DNA of 64,000 bases, from positions 383,764 through 447,763 of IMG/VR virus record IMGVR_UViG_3300009545_000018; one strand, 5' to 3'. A program made the translations under genes and the position numbers. Below, piece by piece: positions 33,489 to 43,679 of the stretch. Position 1 is the first letter of the stretch. Each line of letters begins with the position of its first letter. The notes beneath the pieces are model-generated. The model did no database searches. It was not told where the DNA came from and saw only the letters and a list, made by a program, of their open reading frames with translations.

Positions 33489-34033
33489 CTATTTTATTCT
33501 TCTAATGGTGGAAAAACTTAAATTACCTTCACTATAAATAAATGTGATAGTATCTTTATATTTAGATAAATGTGAGGAAATATAATTTTTAACTTCTTCT
33601 AAACTTTCTTTATCTGCTAAAGAAACAAAATCTGTAGGTAACACATCAGTAATTATAGTCCATTTGCAAGTATACCAGCAATATGTCTCCCAATTTATTT
33701 CATTTTTATTATTCCAATATTCTTTAGGAATGAGAGATCCGTTTCTTACACCAATAAATGTGGTCATATTTACCAAAATACTTTATTTTTACAAGCTCTT
33801 TTCATCTCTTCTTCCGAAAAAAATCTTTGTCCATAAGCCCAAAATTGCACTTCATTAATTTTATCTAAACAAATAACTAATTCATATCCTGCATAAATGA
33901 CATTGTCAAGCCTGCAGATTTGATATCCATCCTCATATATATCTAATATATAAGCTTTCCAGTGTGGATAATAAGAGGAATGATCGGGATAAAAATAAGT
34001 ACCTATTTTAATTAAATTAATTATTTCATTCAT
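33489..34033 (-). CDS. Two hypothetical proteins (33489-33776; 33770-34033 with tail KNKVFW)
   Basis: ORF track; overlapping starts and stops. Confidence 0.55.
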
Positions 34034-34419
34034 AAAAATGCTTTTAATTTAAATTTCTTATATTCAATTGAATTTAATAGTTCTTCATTAGATTCAACGA
34101 GCACCCTATTTCCATCAATATACCATAATTTATTATATGGTTCTATTGTAAATTCCACTGCCGGACCATTCTCATTATGCAGCTTTGTGTCTCTATACCA
34201 CTCAACGTAATGTGCATATTTTACACAATAATTTCTAATTATTTTTTCTTTATAGGGAGGATGATATCTCATCTGACGGCTCCCACAACCTAAACAAATA
34301 TAATGAAAATTATCATATAGGCAAATACATTTATATTGTATTTTACAACTATGACATTCAATTATCTTAGGAAAATAATATTCAATTAAATAGGCTTCTT
34401 TATTTAAATCTACACTCAT
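34030..34419 (-). CDS. Zn-finger plus HxxxGPAV protein with tail KLKAFL
   Basis: CxxC pairs, HNENGPAVEF, WYIDG. Confidence 0.7.
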   Translation of the reverse strand: MSVDLNKEAYLIEYYFPKIIECHSCKIQYKCICLYDNFHYICLGCGSRQMRYHPPYKEKIIRNYCVKYAHYVEWYRDTKLHNENGPAVEFTIEPYNKLWYIDGNRVLVESNEELLNSIEYKKFKLKAFL

Positions 34420-34895
34420 TTTTTCATAAAAATATTTGTTATCATAAAAAGCGGAATAATGCCCTTTTGTTTATATTCCTCTTGTAGTAGAGGGTCTAGA
34501 TATTGTAAGCCACTAATAACTTTTCTACAATTAAATGAACCACAATTGCATTGCATGGTCCAACTATCTAACGTATCAGTAGAACTAGTGGAATAATCAA
34601 ATGTGATTTCTGTATTTGGCTCAATAACATATGTTGAATATAAAAAGGCTCGTTTGCCTACTATATGTAGATAGCAATTGGGGTTACAATTATGTCTAAC
34701 AGCATCTCCAATATTTCCTGAAGGAGATAAATAATAATTTGGACCTATTTGTAATACTTCTGGTTGAGGTATTTTTTTATTATCATGTAAGTCGCCACCA
34801 AACTCTAAAACAATTGAATTTGCAGGAATTTTAATATTAGTAAAAACTCCAACACCAGTTTTGGTAAGAACTAAAGATAAATTTTGATTATACAT
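34416..34895 (-). CDS. SET-domain methyltransferase with post-SET
   Basis: GVGVF, RHNCNPN (NHxCxPN-like), EITFDY, CNCGSFNCR. Confidence 0.88.
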   Translation of the reverse strand: MYNQNLSLVLTKTGVGVFTNIKIPANSIVLEFGGDLHDNKKIPQPEVLQIGPNYYLSPSGNIGDAVRHNCNPNCYLHIVGKRAFLYSTYVIEPNTEITFDYSTSSTDTLDSWTMQCNCGSFNCRKVISGLQYLDPLLQEEYKQKGIIPLFMITNIFMKK

Positions 34896-35135
34896 TTAAA
34901 ATAGTTTCCTAATGAATTTAATTAAATTACTACCTGCTGAGTAAACAGCTAATTTTAATTCTTTTTTTCCAGCTAATTTGTGTTTAACTCCTACTGGGGA
35001 GTGATGTTTATATAATTCAGCTGCTTGCTCTGGTGTTTCTGCTAAAACTCTATAAGTAACAGTGGCTGGTAGCATACATTCAACTTTTACATCAAAATAG
35101 AACTTTTGGGGAGGTTGTAATTTATCTTGTTTCAT
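34896..35135 (-). CDS. Hypothetical protein
   Basis: 79 aa ORF coupled to its neighbours. Confidence 0.6.
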   Translation of the reverse strand: MKQDKLQPPQKFYFDVKVECMLPATVTYRVLAETPEQAAELYKHHSPVGVKHKLAGKKELKLAVYSAGSNLIKFIRKLF

Positions 35136-36697
35136 CTATTATTTATATCATTATACTCATACTTTAAATAATGATTATAATAAGTCTCGGGTGTACCCGT
35201 TAATTCGTAAAATCTCTTCATAAATAGATCTTTTGCTTGTTGAGGAGGCAATGGATCTATTATAAATGGGTAGGCTTCTTTTTTTATTTCCCAATCTGAA
35301 CGAAGAGTTTTAAATAAATCTCTAGCTTCAGTGTATAACATTTTTGTATCGGCAAATTTAACGCTTTGTGGTTCATTTTGTGATAAACCAAATTTCTTAT
35401 AAATAGTTTCTTGTAAAGAGTTTTCATATTCTTTAAATATATTAAACTTACCAGATCTTTTTAATGGGCTCGGTAAATCTATTAAATATGCTTCAGAAGC
35501 ATCATGCAACAAACCGTGTAATGCATGTGCACTATCACATAAATGACTGACTAAAACAGAATGTTGAGCTACAGAGTTATGTGCACCGTAACCTTCAGCA
35601 AAATATGTTTTAGAGCTTGTTTCTAAAGCTACTACTTCTTGAACACCAAGATCTTCTATTTTTAGAATCTCGGACATATTAATGCTATCAAATTCTTTAC
35701 GCCAATCACCATTTTTTAAACTATTTTTAAAGTTATTTATTAATCTTTTACTTTTAATTTTTCCAAGAGATTGTAATTTAGTAAACCATTTACCAGTTAA
35801 AGTAATATTTTTACAATTTTTATTTGTTTTATATTGTGAATTGGGCACTTTATTATTATCTAATAATTTTTTTATTTTGTTTAAAATTTCTCCCTCATTT
35901 TGAGCAATTGAAATAACAAAACCTTTCTTTTTTGCTGAAATAGTTGCTTCACCATCAAATATTCCTTCTAAATAAGCTAACTCATAATTTAGGGGATCTT
36001 CTTTCCACACATCAATAAATTTAAGCATAAATCTTTGTTTGCCTGACTTTACTGCTTTTACAATTCCTTCGGTTGTTTCCCAAAATTGATTTCTAGATTT
36101 TTTAGAACAAATAAGCCAAGGATGTTCAGCAGATGATTTTAAAATAGTTCCATCTGATAAATGAAGGGCAAATACATGTCTTTTTATTATGCCTGTATGT
36201 AGAACATATGAGTTATCTAATTTTCTACGACTCTCCCTATTATTTTTTTTTAAACCATCAACTCCAGTATTTTCATCAAATCCAATTAATTGTTCAAAAT
36301 TTTTAAGTTCGCCCGCCGGCTTCCAAGTTAAATCTGCCGTTAAAACTTTTGTATCTGGAGTAACACAATAAAATTTTTTAATATGACCAGAAAATCGACA
36401 TGTCATGGCAAGAGCATGAGCTATATCTTGAATTACAATTGTATCAGGATTTGGATTCAAAGGTGTAAATCTTAAACCCGTATAAGTTTGAATCCAAGGC
36501 TCAGATGGATCATAGTTGAAAGGATCTTGTTCTTTATTTTTTAAATCTGTATTATCATTATAAAACTGTTTAATTACATCTAATTCTTCTGGTTGAACCA
36601 ACGGAGAATTTAAATCTTGTGATGCTGTTGATTCCCATTTTATTTTAACTTCGTCAAATTGGGATGGATTATTAATTATATCTTGTTTATCTTTCAT
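35132..36697 (-). CDS. HD-domain 5'-deoxynucleotidase (YfdR/YfbR-like) interrupted by an intein
   Basis: WIQTYTG, DIAHALAxxCRFxGH, FY|SVAQHS, LLHDASEAY; start at MKDKQD just after the dUTPase stop. Confidence 0.88.
   Translation of the reverse strand: MKDKQDIINNPSQFDEVKIKWESTASQDLNSPLVQPEELDVIKQFYNDNTDLKNKEQDPFNYDPSEPWIQTYTGLRFTPLNPNPDTIVIQDIAHALAMTCRFSGHIKKFYCVTPDTKVLTADLTWKPAGELKNFEQLIGFDENTGVDGLKKNNRESRRKLDNSYVLHTGIIKRHVFALHLSDGTILKSSAEHPWLICSKKSRNQFWETTEGIVKAVKSGKQRFMLKFIDVWKEDPLNYELAYLEGIFDGEATISAKKKGFVISIAQNEGEILNKIKKLLDNNKVPNSQYKTNKNCKNITLTGKWFTKLQSLGKIKSKRLINNFKNSLKNGDWRKEFDSINMSEILKIEDLGVQEVVALETSSKTYFAEGYGAHNSVAQHSVLVSHLCDSAHALHGLLHDASEAYLIDLPSPLKRSGKFNIFKEYENSLQETIYKKFGLSQNEPQSVKFADTKMLYTEARDLFKTLRSDWEIKKEAYPFIIDPLPPQQAKDLFMKRFYELTGTPETYYNHYLKYEYNDINNR
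35576..36367 (-). mobile_element. Intein (264 aa) with LAGLIDADG-like motif
   Basis: Starts CVTPDTKVLTAD, SAEHPWL block B, YLEGIFDGEA, ends YFAEGYGAHN followed by Ser. Confidence 0.92.
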
Positions 36698-36698
36698 T

Positions 36699-37211
36699 TT
36701 ACTTTCCTGTACTACCAAATCCACTAGCTCCACGACTAGCATTCCTATTTTTACACAAGACATCATATTCTTCATTTGATATTTCTTCAACAATCATTTC
36801 TTTTCTTTTGACAGGAATAATTTGCCCCAAGGCATCCCCAAAATTAATTTCTAACTTTTTACTATTACTAAATGAAGTTTCATTATTAGTACAAATAATA
36901 GCTTCAGGTATATATTGGCAAGCTAATAATAATTCTCCTTCATAGGTTTCATCGATTGTACCATATAAACAGTGCAATCGTTTTTTACCAAATGTTGAAG
37001 ATCTTGGCTTTAATTCAAACCACCAACCCTCTGGGCAAAAAGTTCTAAAACCTAATGGAATAATAGCTTTCTCAAAAGGAGAAAGCGATAAACTTGTGGC
37101 TGCTCTTACATCCCATCCTGTGGCATGTGGCTCTGCTTTTGTTGGTAAAAACTCTTTATTATTTTTTAGATCTTCTCTTAATGCAAACTTAAAATTTGGA
37201 ATTTCTGACAT
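36699..37211 (-). CDS. dut: Trimeric dUTPase
   Basis: GWDVRA, PRSS, GTIDETYEG, RGASGFGSTG. Confidence 0.93.
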   Translation of the reverse strand: MSEIPNFKFALREDLKNNKEFLPTKAEPHATGWDVRAATSLSLSPFEKAIIPLGFRTFCPEGWWFELKPRSSTFGKKRLHCLYGTIDETYEGELLLACQYIPEAIICTNNETSFSNSKKLEINFGDALGQIIPVKRKEMIVEEISNEEYDVLCKNRNASRGASGFGSTGK

Positions 37212-37271
37212 TAATACTTTCCTGTTAATTTGATTCGATCGTCTATATCCTATGAAATTTTTAATTAATTA

Positions 37272-37547
37272 TTACCAAAATGCTTTTAATTCCAAAGGTT
37301 TAAACATATTTTGTACAATTATTTGAAAATCATTCAAAGAATTAACATCTATTAAATATCCTTTATAATAGAATTTAATTTCATCATCTAATTCAATTGC
37401 AGGACCATTTATTCTATGTTTTTTGCCTTTTACCCAATATTCTTTTCCACCATCTTTATATTCTACTGCTGGACCATCTAAACGATGTAATAAGTCATTC
37501 TCATAATAATAATCTCCATATTCATCTGTAACTATTCCATTTTTCAT
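37272..37547 (-). CDS. HRxDGPAV-repeat protein with tail ELKAFW
   Basis: HRLDGPAVE and HRINGPAIE. Confidence 0.75.
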   Translation of the reverse strand: MKNGIVTDEYGDYYYENDLLHRLDGPAVEYKDGGKEYWVKGKKHRINGPAIELDDEIKFYYKGYLIDVNSLNDFQIIVQNMFKPLELKAFW

Positions 37548-37575
37548 AATTATCCTAATATTTACACATTAATTT

Positions 37576-39008
37576 ATGCAATTGCCACCTGCCATCATAT
37601 TTATAAATTCTGATTTAAATGACACCTCTAAGGCGACATTACGCTCACAACTTTATATTAATCAAATAATTACTGGAAAACAATTTGATGATGTAGTAGC
37701 AATTGATCCTACTTTTCCAGATCAAATTCATTTAAATGGTGCCAGGGTTCTAGTCATCCGAGATGAATTCTACCCTTATCCTAACTATAACCTTGCTGAC
37801 GTGGTTGTATTTTTAAAACAAAGGCTAGCTACTGTTGAAAAAAATAATTTAGGTCCTCCCAAATTAACTTTATCATTAGATAGATTAAATATTTATGCTC
37901 TTTTACGTGGAGCTAATTCTCAATATGTTACTATTTTGCCACAATTACCTTGCGGTCCAAGATTAAATTGTGGATGTTTTTGCCATCAACATTGTAATGG
38001 ATTTAGAGGAATTATTGGTATTGAATGGTATGCTAATGATACTACTGGCGTACATTGTAAAAATCCTGACAATATTTTTAATAATCAAGCCTTTATAAAT
38101 AGAAAATAAAATTTATTTATGGCATAATAAAGTATGTTTTATAAGTTTCATCATAAAGGTGTTTTATGTCAAAGTTTGATGCATTGTTTAGTAAAGTAGA
38201 CGTTTATGAAAAATTGTCTATCTATGGAGATAGATTAGACTTTTTACAATCTTTATCTCAAGATTATCAATCTGTTTCAGATAAGGATTTAACTGCTAAT
38301 ATCAATTCTGTTAAAAATGCAGTACAAAATTGGATTAATAATGATGCTGAAAAACAAGAAGATCTTCCGGGTGGTCAAATTCGTGGATTACCTCCAGGGC
38401 TACGAAGTCCTTATCAAGTAATTAGATCTATTAATACTTTTGATGCAGATACTTTACCACAAGTATATCAAGCTTTGCTTCAATTATCAACTGTAAATAA
38501 TTTAGGTAATATGGGAGGTGATGCTAAATCTGCTTGGTTACAATCAGTATTCCCAGTACTTGGAACAGCTATGAAAGTTGTAAAACAACAAATAGATTAT
38601 ATAAAAGCTTGGTCAAATAAATTTCCAGTAGATGATGCACCAACAGAAAATGCAAATTATCATACTAACTCAGAGCCTACTCCAGTAGCTAATACAAAAC
38701 ATATGGTAAAATCAAAAAATGAAGAAGCAAAGTCATTATCTAAAATATTGAATAATAAAATAGAAAAATTACCAAATAGTCCAAATAGAGCTGCTGAACT
38801 AAAAAATATTAATGAATATGTAAAATCATTGCAAAATCATTTTAAAGCATTACAACACAACAATGATTTACAAAGTTATTTCGCCAGAATGGAAATTGCA
38901 AAATCATTACAAAATGCCTACAATACACTCGATTATAATGATCTAGACTTAGTAAGTGCTCTTAATTCTGGACGTGGAGTTCCAGAAAATCCTGACTCAA
39001 AAATATAA
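37576..39008 (+). CDS. Two hypothetical proteins (37576-38109; 38166-39008)
   Basis: Long ORFs in AT-rich DNA; no recognisable motif. Confidence 0.6.
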
Positions 39009-39080
39009 AAACATAGAGAATTAGGTTAGTCTCACTATCATATTAGGTTTGATGATAGTTGTTTAATAAATACTTATCTT

Positions 39081-39115
39081 AAAGGCGTTATTTAATCATA
39101 GCGCCTTTTTCTTTT
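39081..39115 (+). terminator. Intrinsic terminator
   Basis: AAAGGCGTTA/TAGCGCCTTT stem with T tract. Confidence 0.6.
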
Positions 39116-39221
39116 AATTAAACGAACTTTTTCTCGACATGTGTTGAGGGGATCTATAGGGGAGTAGACATTGATACTGATCATAATAATTTATAAATTA
39201 TTAATAACCTAGTATCTATTT

Positions 39222-39869
39222 ATGAATTCAAAGAAACTTCTAAGATTTGCTATAGCATTCTATTCAATAGCAATGAAAGAAAAACTACCAGAAAATTCTA
39301 AAGATACTTCTAAAATACTTAAAAACTTAGAGGCATTAGAATCATTTAATGCTCGCAAAAGATATGCCAACGCCAATTTAAAAAATTTATCTTCCGGCTC
39401 ATCCAGGATTGTGTACTTGACACCTGATAAAACTATCCTTAAGTTAGCAAAAAATGAAAAAGGATTGGCTCAAAATGAAGCAGAGTCTAATCCTAAAATG
39501 AAATCTAAGTATATTAATAAAGTACTTAAACGAGCTAAAAATGATGCTTGGATAGAGGTTCCATATTTAGATAAGATTACTGAAAGAGATTTTAAAAAGA
39601 TGACAACATTATCTTTTAATGATTTTAGTAATTGTATTAGGTATGGTTTAAAATCAGTATCAGGAAATACTGATAAAGATAAACCTGACTGTTTTGATAA
39701 GGTGTCCAAACATCCTTTGTATGTAGAAATGTTAGAAATAGGTAAAAAATTTAAATTAATGCCCGGTGATTTATCCAAAATATCATCTTGGGGATCTAAA
39801 GATAATAAACCTATTCTTATAGATGCTGGATTGACACAAAAAGTATATGAAGAATTTTATGAATCATGA
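39222..39869 (+). CDS. Protein-kinase-like protein
   Basis: SSGSSRIVY loop, ILKLAK...QNxxE, GDL...SWG, LIDAG. Confidence 0.55.
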   Translation: MNSKKLLRFAIAFYSIAMKEKLPENSKDTSKILKNLEALESFNARKRYANANLKNLSSGSSRIVYLTPDKTILKLAKNEKGLAQNEAESNPKMKSKYINKVLKRAKNDAWIEVPYLDKITERDFKKMTTLSFNDFSNCIRYGLKSVSGNTDKDKPDCFDKVSKHPLYVEMLEIGKKFKLMPGDLSKISSWGSKDNKPILIDAGLTQKVYEEFYES

Positions 39870-41600
39870 TATTTAATAAAATCTTGGATGGATTATATTA
39901 TTACGGAACATGTATTTTATGTGATGGTAATATGTCTATAAATAATGATGGATTTAATTACCAACCAGCTTATAATAATTGTGGTTTCAATTTAGTATTT
40001 AATCTTGACAAGATGGATAGACTTGTTGTAGATCCAATTTCAGAGTCTGTATATATAAATTATGAACCGGAAGAGTTACTTTTTTATAATAATGATGTTG
40101 ATGATTTTAAAAATATATATGGATATAATGATTGTTTTACAACTATAATAAAATGTAAGAATTGTGATAAGTTTGCGTACTCTATAGATATTCATATTGA
40201 TTTATATGATCAAAAAATATTACATAGTAATTTAAATGATATTACTTGTAATTATAAAGAAAAATATTGGATAATGAATAATTATTATCAAAATACAACA
40301 ACATTATTAAATGATGTTAATGATGAATTGATTAAAGTGCCATTAATTACACTAGAAAAACAAAATATTAATTATATTTTTAATCGTTTACAAAAATTAA
40401 TTATTTTCTCCTAATGCTATATGTAGTGGCATGTTATCTTCAAATTTTTTAGAGCATGGTAAAACGTGCCCAATTTGTAATAAAAAATTGTCTTTATATG
40501 CAATAGTAGGTGAAATAGGAACTTTTAAATGCAATAACAATTATGTTGCAAATAAAAAAAGAAAACTTAATTTTTATCCATTAAGAGATAAAATGTTTTT
40601 ATTACACTCAAGTGTGAATAAAACTGACAATTTTGTAATTAAATTAATGGATGATAATAAATTTGATTTTACTTTCTCTTCTGAGAATTTATTTAAAACT
40701 ATAATTAAATCTAATATAAGTTTTTTTTATATTTGTAATCTATCTTCATTTTATAATGAAACAAGCTATTCTATTAATAGCTATAATGTTGACGGGTTTA
40801 ATGCATGTTATTATAAATTATCCAGTATTCTTTCTTTTAATTATAAAGACGATAATTTAACCCTAACAAATTATAATTCAAGTTCATGTCATTTAGAAAT
40901 GTTCTCTCTATTAGAAGATAATAATAAATATTCTTTGATTTATAATTATGGAACTCAAAAAACTCTATTTTATTTTAATGACTCTAAAGAAAACAATATA
41001 GAACCATCCTTCTTTAAAGAATTTGATATTTTAGAATATTATCCTGATTTTACTAATCATTCTAAAGTTTTGAATAAATTTAAATCTTGGGTTCTATTAT
41101 CATAAATGATTACTATTAATGATTTTATAAATAGCCGAAATCATTGTTTCTGTTGTGGTTCAAATTTAGAAATCTGTATAGAAAGTTTTTCTTTACAAAA
41201 AACACCTTCTTTATTATTAAAAAACAATATATTATTAATTAATTCATCTTACTTTGATATACATATAGATTTATTAAATAATTATGTAATAAAAGGTTGC
41301 GATAAATCACATTGGGAATTTAAACTGGTATTATTTTGTCCTTTACATAAAGAGTTGCCAAAAGATATATATAAGTATGAACTTATTTTTGATATTTATT
41401 GTGGAAAAATAGCCAATGAAACGCCTATAGAATACCTAATGACTGATAATTTTATTTTACAGTCATTTCCATCTCTAGATGAGATGGAATATGTTAGTTT
41501 AAAATCCAACAAAAAAATTACATTTCCTTACTTTGATTATAGTCAGATGTCACTACCAAAGTTAAAGAGTAAACTAAAGACATATTTGTTAATGCAATGA
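39866..41600 (+). CDS. Three Zn-ribbon array proteins (39866-40414, 40431-41105, 41106-41600)
   Basis: N-terminal CxxC; tails KLIIFS, KSWVLLS, KTYLLMQ. Confidence 0.7.
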
Positions 41601-42676
41601 ATACATATCAAAAAATAATGGCTTGTGAAGATAAATTTCAAGCTATCCAAAAAATTATCTCAATAGATGAATTTACAAGAAGACTTTCAGAAATTGATCA
41701 TATTTGTAACGATCCTACTACATGGAATGATCATAAAGCTGCCGCACGTATCATGAAAGAACGGCAAAAAATATCTGATGTAATAAGTAAATATACTTAC
41801 TTTAAAAATTGGGTTCTCTTTTTTAAAGAGATAGTAAATGAACTTCCAGAAGAAATACAATCGTTTAGCCAAGAATCTTCTACTCTGCTATCAGAATTGT
41901 CTGCATTTGAGATTAGTCAGATTTTTAAAGAAGAGTCTGATGATTTGCCTGCTATCCTCTCTATCAATGCCGGGGCTGGTGGTTTAGAGGCAGCAAATTG
42001 GGTTACTATGCTCTTACGTATGTATGCTAGATATGCCAGTAATAATAATTTCAAAGTAGAAATTTTAGACACCAAACCATCTGAAGAGCATAGTTCTATT
42101 TGTACTGATTCAGTATCTATTAGAATAGAAGGTACTTATGCTTATGGTTTTTTTAAAAGTGAGTCTGGTGTACATAGGTTAATACGTAACTCTCCATTTA
42201 GTTCAAATGATACTAGACATACATCCTTTGCTGCCGTGTCTGTTATGCCAGATATAGAAGACACTATTGATATTAATATTTTAGATAAGGATTTAGAAAT
42301 AACTGCAATGCGGGCGGGCGGTAGTGGAGGACAACATCAAAATAAAACTAATAGTGCCGTTAGATTAAAACACTTGCCAACAGGGATTAATATTGCTGTT
42401 AGAGGTGAGAGAGATTATCATCAAAATAAAAGAACAGCTATGAAGATGTTGAAAGCTAAATTATATGAAATTGAGTTAAAGAAGCAACAAGAAGAAAAGA
42501 ATAAACATTTAGATGCTATGCAAGATGTAGCTTTTGGTTCTCAAATAAGAACTTATACTATGAGTCCCACTCAAATAGTAAAAGATCATAGAACAGATTT
42601 TGAATGTAATAATACTAATAATGTTTTAGATGGAGAAATTGATGATTTTATTAGTGCCTATTTGCATATGATGTAA
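41597..42676 (+). CDS. prfB: Peptide chain release factor 2 (no internal frameshift)
   Basis: AGAGGxEA, ESGVHRLIRNSPF (SPF specificity motif), RHTSF, GGQ, FGSQIRTY. Confidence 0.93.
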   Translation: MNTYQKIMACEDKFQAIQKIISIDEFTRRLSEIDHICNDPTTWNDHKAAARIMKERQKISDVISKYTYFKNWVLFFKEIVNELPEEIQSFSQESSTLLSELSAFEISQIFKEESDDLPAILSINAGAGGLEAANWVTMLLRMYARYASNNNFKVEILDTKPSEEHSSICTDSVSIRIEGTYAYGFFKSESGVHRLIRNSPFSSNDTRHTSFAAVSVMPDIEDTIDINILDKDLEITAMRAGGSGGQHQNKTNSAVRLKHLPTGINIAVRGERDYHQNKRTAMKMLKAKLYEIELKKQQEEKNKHLDAMQDVAFGSQIRTYTMSPTQIVKDHRTDFECNNTNNVLDGEIDDFISAYLHMM

Positions 42677-42677
42677 T

Positions 42678-43250
42678 ATGAATAAGCTTTTATTAAAAGA
42701 TTTTATAAAATATAATAGTCCTTGTTTTGTCTGCAATAGTAATATTGAATTAATTGTTAATAATTATGATAATTTAACTCAACATAACTCTAGACTACAT
42801 TGTCATGTTTCATCTAAACAAACTGTTATACCAATTAAAATTAAGTATAGTAATTCTCTAGAGTTAATCATTCATCATAAAGATAATAGATTTAGCACTA
42901 ACAATATAGATGAGTTACTAAAGTATTTTCAAACAAACATTTTGTGGTTAACTAGCCAATGTTCAAATTTAAAATGTAATTCTGTTATTGTATCCTCTCA
43001 AATTGTATTAAATACTAAATTTTTTAGACTTGATCCTCTAACCATACAATATGAACATTTTTACTTAAAAAATTCTAATAAAATATCAGCTATAGTAATG
43101 ACTGATTATAGAAATAATAGTACAGTCATATCTTTAGCTGATGAATTTAATATTATTCTTAATCTATCACTAACCGCAATGAGTTTGAAAAAATATAAAA
43201 CTAAAGAACAATTCTTTAAAAAAATGAAAACGTATATTACATTTTCATAA
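42678..43250 (+). CDS. Zn-ribbon array protein (tail KTYITFS)
   Basis: CFVC; family tail. Confidence 0.7.
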   Translation: MNKLLLKDFIKYNSPCFVCNSNIELIVNNYDNLTQHNSRLHCHVSSKQTVIPIKIKYSNSLELIIHHKDNRFSTNNIDELLKYFQTNILWLTSQCSNLKCNSVIVSSQIVLNTKFFRLDPLTIQYEHFYLKNSNKISAIVMTDYRNNSTVISLADEFNIILNLSLTAMSLKKYKTKEQFFKKMKTYITFS

Positions 43251-43649
43251 AAAAATCTTAAGATTATTAAGCCTTTTACAGTATAGAATGGTTTCTACTA
43301 AATCACGTATCTTTAATTGATGTTCATTGTTGTCTTTAATCCATTTTTGTTTTTTAAATCTGTAATCTGTTTTAATATTTATCTCTTTACCTAATTCAAA
43401 TAATCTAATTTGAAAATGACTAAACTCTCTAAGTTTTTTAGGTTTACAATCGTAAGCGTCGTCAAGAACTAATTGTATATTATAATCGCCTACCTTAATA
43501 AAGTTATCAAAAATAATCCTTTTATTCTTATTGTAGTAGGTATATAATATAATGTTGTCTCTTAGAGATTCTTTTATTTTATTTTTAGTAACTTTATTAC
43601 TAAAATCTAAAATTACGGTTGTTTGTCTAGTTGCTTTAATTAAACTCAT
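43245..43649 (-). CDS. Protein with shared tail (NLKIFL), opposite strand
   Basis: Likely start MSLIK; family tail. Confidence 0.6.
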   Translation of the reverse strand: MSLIKATRQTTVILDFSNKVTKNKIKESLRDNIILYTYYNKNKRIIFDNFIKVGDYNIQLVLDDAYDCKPKKLREFSHFQIRLFELGKEINIKTDYRFKKQKWIKDNNEHQLKIRDLVETILYCKRLNNLKIFL

Positions 43650-43679
43650 AATGTATGTTTGTAATGCAGGTATATTAAT

